Positions 59,226-64,000 of a stretch of 64,000 bases of DNA are shown here, in pieces. Made by a program: the position numbers and the translations under genes. The stretch covers positions 3,410,001 through 3,474,000 of the forward strand of contig JBLDXI010000001.1 of NCBI GenBank assembly GCA_047495785.1, in the 5' to 3' direction. The notes under the pieces are model-generated. The model saw only the letters and a list, made by a program, of their open reading frames with translations. It did not search any database and was not told where the DNA came from. The DNA is from Lepidodermella squamata (Eukaryota; Animalia; Gastrotricha). How positions within the stretch are numbered: position 1 is the first letter of the stretch; the number at the start of each line of letters is the position of its first letter.

Positions 59226-60430
59226 TCTGACGCGTTCAGAGTCAACTCAGAAAGGCATGAAAAAACGATGTTGGAATAAAATACGCATATTTAAAGATTT
59301 CTAGAGAATGATAAATCATTTGATGACTATTATTGTAAACAATCGATTTGCCAATCAGCACATACCCGTTTGACGAGTCATCTACATTCAGGTGTTAGAA
59401 GTTACACCAAATGATAAGATTGAAATGGAAAAAGTCGTTTATTCAAGTTTAAGGGTAGACTATCTTGTCTTATAATATTTTCACCTCAATGAATAGCAAT
59501 GCCAATTCAAGCTGAAAACAATGAAAAAAGAACTCTCCAAGTAAACTCAGCCTACATTTAATTTTGATTCATTTTTTTCATCAATCGGCTGATGTACATT
59601 TTTAAGATAAAATACATAGCAGAAACGAAAATAAAGGCAGCAGCATGATTATAATATTTTGCACCTAAATATTTTGCAACCCCCAGATTGCTCGTGATTA
59701 TCAATGCCGTGATCATGCGGGAAACAAGAAGAATTCACGAAGCGTCGAAAAAATTCAAGATCGAAATTGACTAATAATCAATCGGAAAATGAGCAACTAA
59801 AACTGAAGTAATGGCCATGAGCTATTGAAATAAAACAACAATTTGCATTGAACAGAGAAATATCTTAACGTCATCAGCTCAGTTCTTTCCAAAGCTGAAG
59901 AATAGTGAAAAAGTAACTCCTGATTAAACTTCCAAAGTAGGCGAAGTATTCTTAATATGCCTTGCAATAAGCCTAAAAGCAAAATGAAATTGCAGTCCCA
60001 TATAATTCTGTAATCCATGTTACACCTGAGTCGTAATGCTAATAGAGATCAACGTCAATGCTGAACATAAAAAGCCTCGATCATCAACGGCCCCCTTGTA
60101 GAGAACTAAACTTCATTATTGCTATCAAAGAATTGGAAGCGAGCTGGCTAAACTTTGCGGAAGCTAGACTCAACAGATAGTAAGAGAAGGCAGCTAAGCA
60201 AAACGAGAAACTGCTGACACAGTTGAACTAAGCGAACAGTAGTATAATGAGCTAATAAAACGAGACGTGGCCCTTTCTGTTTTTGGACATCAAACGAACG
60301 CTTCGCCAGCTGATAAACTACTATTTTTGCTCAGGATTCATTGTTACTAATTTGGCAAAACGTTTAAATAAGGGCCGGAAACAGATGCCACGTCTCAACT
60401 GACGTTCAATTGGTATTGATAACCATAGTA

Positions 60431-60630
60431 CAGTGAAACCCCGATTTGGCGTCATCTACGGGCCGGCCAAGAAATCGGGCGGGAAATACGAAAATACGGA
60501 TAATCTGGGTCACTTTACATGCCATTCGATGCTGCAGGGAAAAATGAAGAATTTTCACCCCCTTGTCTTTTGCATACCCCGATTTCCCATCAGACGGAAA
60601 ATATAAGGACGCGAAATCGGAGTTTCACTG
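60431..60630. mobile_element. 200-bp Tc1/mariner-type MITE
   Basis: 23-bp TIRs CAGTGAAACCCCGATTTGGCGTC and CAGTGAAACTCCGATTTCGCGTC (2 mismatches), flanked by TA on both sides. Confidence 0.88.
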
Positions 60631-61920
60631 TAATTAGAAATTTGCCACTAATTTGTGGCGTCTCGCAGATATTGAATCGAACCTTGAAGAATGAACTTCA
60701 TTTGTGGGTCTTTTAGGCCTCCTCTCACGATGAAGCGAAATTTCACTGCAATTTAAAACTAGATATTAATAATAATAATAACAGATAAGCAAAGAGTCCA
60801 GAATCCAGAACCTGCAACCTTGATAAAGCTACAGGTTTTATACTCCGTGCTTCTGCCGCGTCCAAACTTTACAATAGCAATAAGATTAAAACTAAACTCT
60901 TTCAAAATATTCGCGCTAAAATCAGCCAAGACGCGGAATAACACCGAAAATAAAAGTTTTGCAATAGTTCATGGGATTATATTAGTAACAAATGAAAATA
61001 AAAACAACCAAATGAGGAAGCGTACCCGATTCAGCGCCCGAGAAAACAGATTTCCTCTTACAGCTGATTCAGAAACCCAACAAGCAACAAGCTCGACGCA
61101 AAAGAAACAAAACAAATTGGCTGTGATTGCTGATTGAGAGTGAGTTTCGGAGAATTCCCTCTATGATTTTGACGAATCGACAAACGAAGACTCATTGGCA
61201 GGACGTAGAGGAAATACAACAGAACACCAGATATGATGTATGCTCTGTAAAATAAGTCTTTCAATAGCTCGGGAGTAAAAACTGTGAGGAAGCAAGAAAC
61301 AAGTTACAGCGGCCTTAAAAAAGACATCATTTAACGGGGAGGAGATCGGGAAAGGAAAAAGGAATGTCATTGATCAGCGATCCCATATCCCAGAGAATAA
61401 CAAGGCAGCCGAATGATCTGTTTGGTTTTGGTTCTCCGGAGACTATGACCCCTGGCCACTGTTCACTTGCAATGGGTTTTACCAAACTCTTCTCAACGGA
61501 AAACGAGCACCTGCTGGAACTGGCCGGGAGTGGCCGAGGCCCATCCTGGCTTACGATTGAGGGTATATACGGCGTCCCGAAAAAACAACAAACCCTAGAG
61601 ACGAAAGACGCCGATAATATTTTCTAAGGACATTTTTTTATTTTAGCATATTCAACACAAAAATAATTTTTGAGAAAAAATTAAAAACAGTAGTTAAAAT
61701 TATAAATAAAAAATAGCCGCAGCGAAAAATTCTCCAAAATTATTGCCAAGTTTTTGATGTTTTTGAAGTAAGTAGCAGGCTCTGCTGTCTGTACCATCTC
61801 AAATCTGAGTCGCAATCAGCATTTTCTTGATGAATTGTGTCATTGTGTGCCAAGAATTACACTGCTTGTTTTGAGGATTGTCAACGCCGAGCAGTGCGGT
61901 GTCGAACACGAAGAAATTTA

Positions 61921-62168
61921 GTGTTGCGAAGGGATAACCTTGAATTATCCGAAAAATAGGTGAGACATTTCTTCCTTCATTTATGCGTTATGTGGCGAAG
62001 TCACTTAGGTGAGCAGAAGAAACAAGCGCCCATAACGTCTGGTTGAATGCTTGGATATTTATTTGTCAGTCTTTTCGCGTTACGAACATTAAACGTGAAA
62101 AAGCAAGCGCGAAAACGACGTAACCAGATAAGCTGGGTTATAGCTATCAAAAGTCATTTATCATCATT
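61921..62168 (+). repeat. Left arm of a diverged inverted repeat of about 240 bp (partner 63590-63816)
   Basis: Collinear blocks match the reverse complement of 63590-63816: gtgttgcgaagg, ggatatttatttgtcagtcttt, gaaaaagcaagcgcgaaaac, aaagtcatt. Confidence 0.85.
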
Positions 62169-63270
62169 ACTTGTTGACGATTTCCCTTATGTCGTTTTGG
62201 GTGATCGCAAAATACAGCCAAGTAAAAGACCTCACTAAGTCTTTGCTACCCAGCGCTAAGCAGGCTCTGTCCTCAAGAGATACGTGCAAACGTTCGTGGT
62301 GATAGCGAAGGTTGCTGATTATTGAAGACCTCCCAGATAAGGTAAAATGATCCAACTGATGCTTAATTTCAGTCAATTGCTTTGTCGCTATTTCGAGGAA
62401 ATTTCCCCAGTCGAAATGACTGTTTAATGGAGAGGGTGCTGGAACGTAGTAGTTGAAGGTCACGTCGACGATATGAAAGATGTGCAAGTATTCTCCGGAG
62501 AGCAGGAAGTCCAAGAACTCAGGCCGCTTCCTAGTCAGATGTTCATGTTTCCGTTCCATAACGGTGCGTTTGAACATATTCAAGTCACCTAGAATTTCGG
62601 TAAAGTTCGATTCTGAATGGGCTTCTCGAATATATCCAGTTCCAATGTTCCACAGCGGACTAAATATGTTGGAACTTTTGTGCGAAATATCGCAATAGTT
62701 ATAGCCGAAATTAGCCGCTTTGAGAGATCGGTGGTTACCCTGGTTAATGATAAAATGTGTTAGTTTTACAAATCGTGTGCAAGAACTAACCATGTGCCTG
62801 AGCAAAGACCCAATTGACGAATAGTAATTGCACATTGACTCTAGCAGATTCTTATACACAACTTTGTCCCCCTTTTGAAATGCTGGATAACATTCAGCGC
62901 TAGCGGTTGGGTTGCTTCGAGGCTCAAAGTTAAAGCAGCACTGAATTCTTTGCCAATCTCTTTCACTGAAATAATACAAGCAGATGATGGGGAGTCAGAT
63001 GAGTGGAAATTGAGCTTACGATATTTCGTCAAAGTCAACTTTCACGGATGGAATATTGCGTTCCTCTACTTCGTAAGCAGGCAGACAACCTCGACTTGAA
63101 ACAGCGAAAAGAGTAGCAACTGCGAATGTTAAAATGTGATGCATGCGAAGTTACAGTTACTTAGTTATTTTAAAGTTTTTGTTTTAACAAAGATTTGAGC
63201 AAATCGGGCATTATTTATAAGCCCTATTCCTATTCACTGACCGCCTTAGTCACTCACCAACGCACTTCAT
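62167..63270 (-). CDS. Orphan protein of about 300 aa, probably 3 exons (63270-63258, approx. 63119-63020, approx. 62965-62167), possibly secreted
   Basis: 270-codon open frame; upstream phase-compatible exons give MKCV|VATLFAVSSRGCLPAYEVEERN...EIS|ERDWQRIQCC. No domain recognised. Confidence 0.55.
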
Positions 63271-63589
63271 TAACGAAGTCTTCTAAATCTAAAAATATAC
63301 CTCATGGCTCTCGTCAGATAGCGTGAATGGCCGTTTGGCACGTTCTCTGAAAAGTCAGCTACCAAATTTACTCTACTCTCGCCACTTCAGGTGAGTTAAT
63401 ATGATCAAACATATGGTACTCCTGCTCAATTTCTGTTAAGAAGTGACGTCAAGCACGCGACGTCACTCGTACATACACTCACACGTGAATTATTTTTCGA
63501 ATTCACCGCACCTATTTGTAGATGCTGATGCAATATGATGAATCGATTGCAGAGTGAGAAAAATTAACTATAAGCTTCTGGGAAGAAAG

Positions 63590-63816
63590 AATGATGATGA
63601 ATGACTTTCGATAGCCATCGATAAGCTAATCTGGGTTATGTTTTCGCGCTTGCTTTTTCGCTCTTCGAATGTTCGGAACGCGGAAAGACTGACAAATAAA
63701 TATCCTAGCATATTCAACCTGACGCATATGAGCTTGCTGCTCGCCTAAACGACTTCGCCAAGCAAGGAATACCTCACCTTGTTTTTGGATAGTTCAAGGT
63801 CATTCCTTCGCAACAC
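63590..63816 (-). repeat. Right arm of the diverged inverted repeat (partner 61921-62168)
   Basis: Reverse-complement similarity with substitutions and small indels. Confidence 0.85.
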
Positions 63817-64000
63817 AACGCAAAAGAAGTCCAGTCCACCGTAATTAACTGCTGTGAAATTTTGTAAAAATGTACCGGGTTCTTTGGGATCGGGGATACT
63901 TGAAGGATATTAGCGAATTTCATCGCAGAAGCATGTTTTATTTTTCGCGAATGACATACGAATCACAGACCAGGGACCGGATTTTTGACGCTGTGTAAAG

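Noticed and set aside
61140-61630. Possible LINE tail (HSFYSRAIE) or transposon end
   Set aside because: The similarity is too short and no partner TIR or tail was found.

Overview
Gene-dense, AT-rich eukaryotic DNA, most likely from an invertebrate animal with a compact genome; many introns are only about 45-60 nt. The ORF track fragments most genes, so I spliced them by hand using GT/GC-AG signals and reading-frame phase. In order: the 3' end of a Q/N-rich gene; a C2H2 zinc-finger gene; an orphan single-pass membrane gene; Su(H)/RBPJ; a large tandem calponin-homology plus ankyrin gene that hosts a nested choline kinase in a 4.25-kb intron; COPS5; intronless DDX18 followed by LINE relics and a truncated DDX18 duplicate; kinesin-8 (KIF18); a TRPC-like channel; a Tuba/DNMBP-like GEF; a tetraspanin; three adjacent secreted low-complexity proteins (one with Pif-like chitin-binding and LamG domains); BRSK/SAD kinase; a 200-bp MITE; and an orphan gene between diverged inverted repeats. 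The two best candidates for an undescribed system are (1) an operon-like DDX18-COPS5 junction of 79 bp with AATAAA followed by a splice acceptor, suggesting SL trans-splicing, and (2) a possibly co-regulated secreted chitin-matrix or glue gene cluster at 45-52 kb. All calls come from motif recognition only; no database searches were run.
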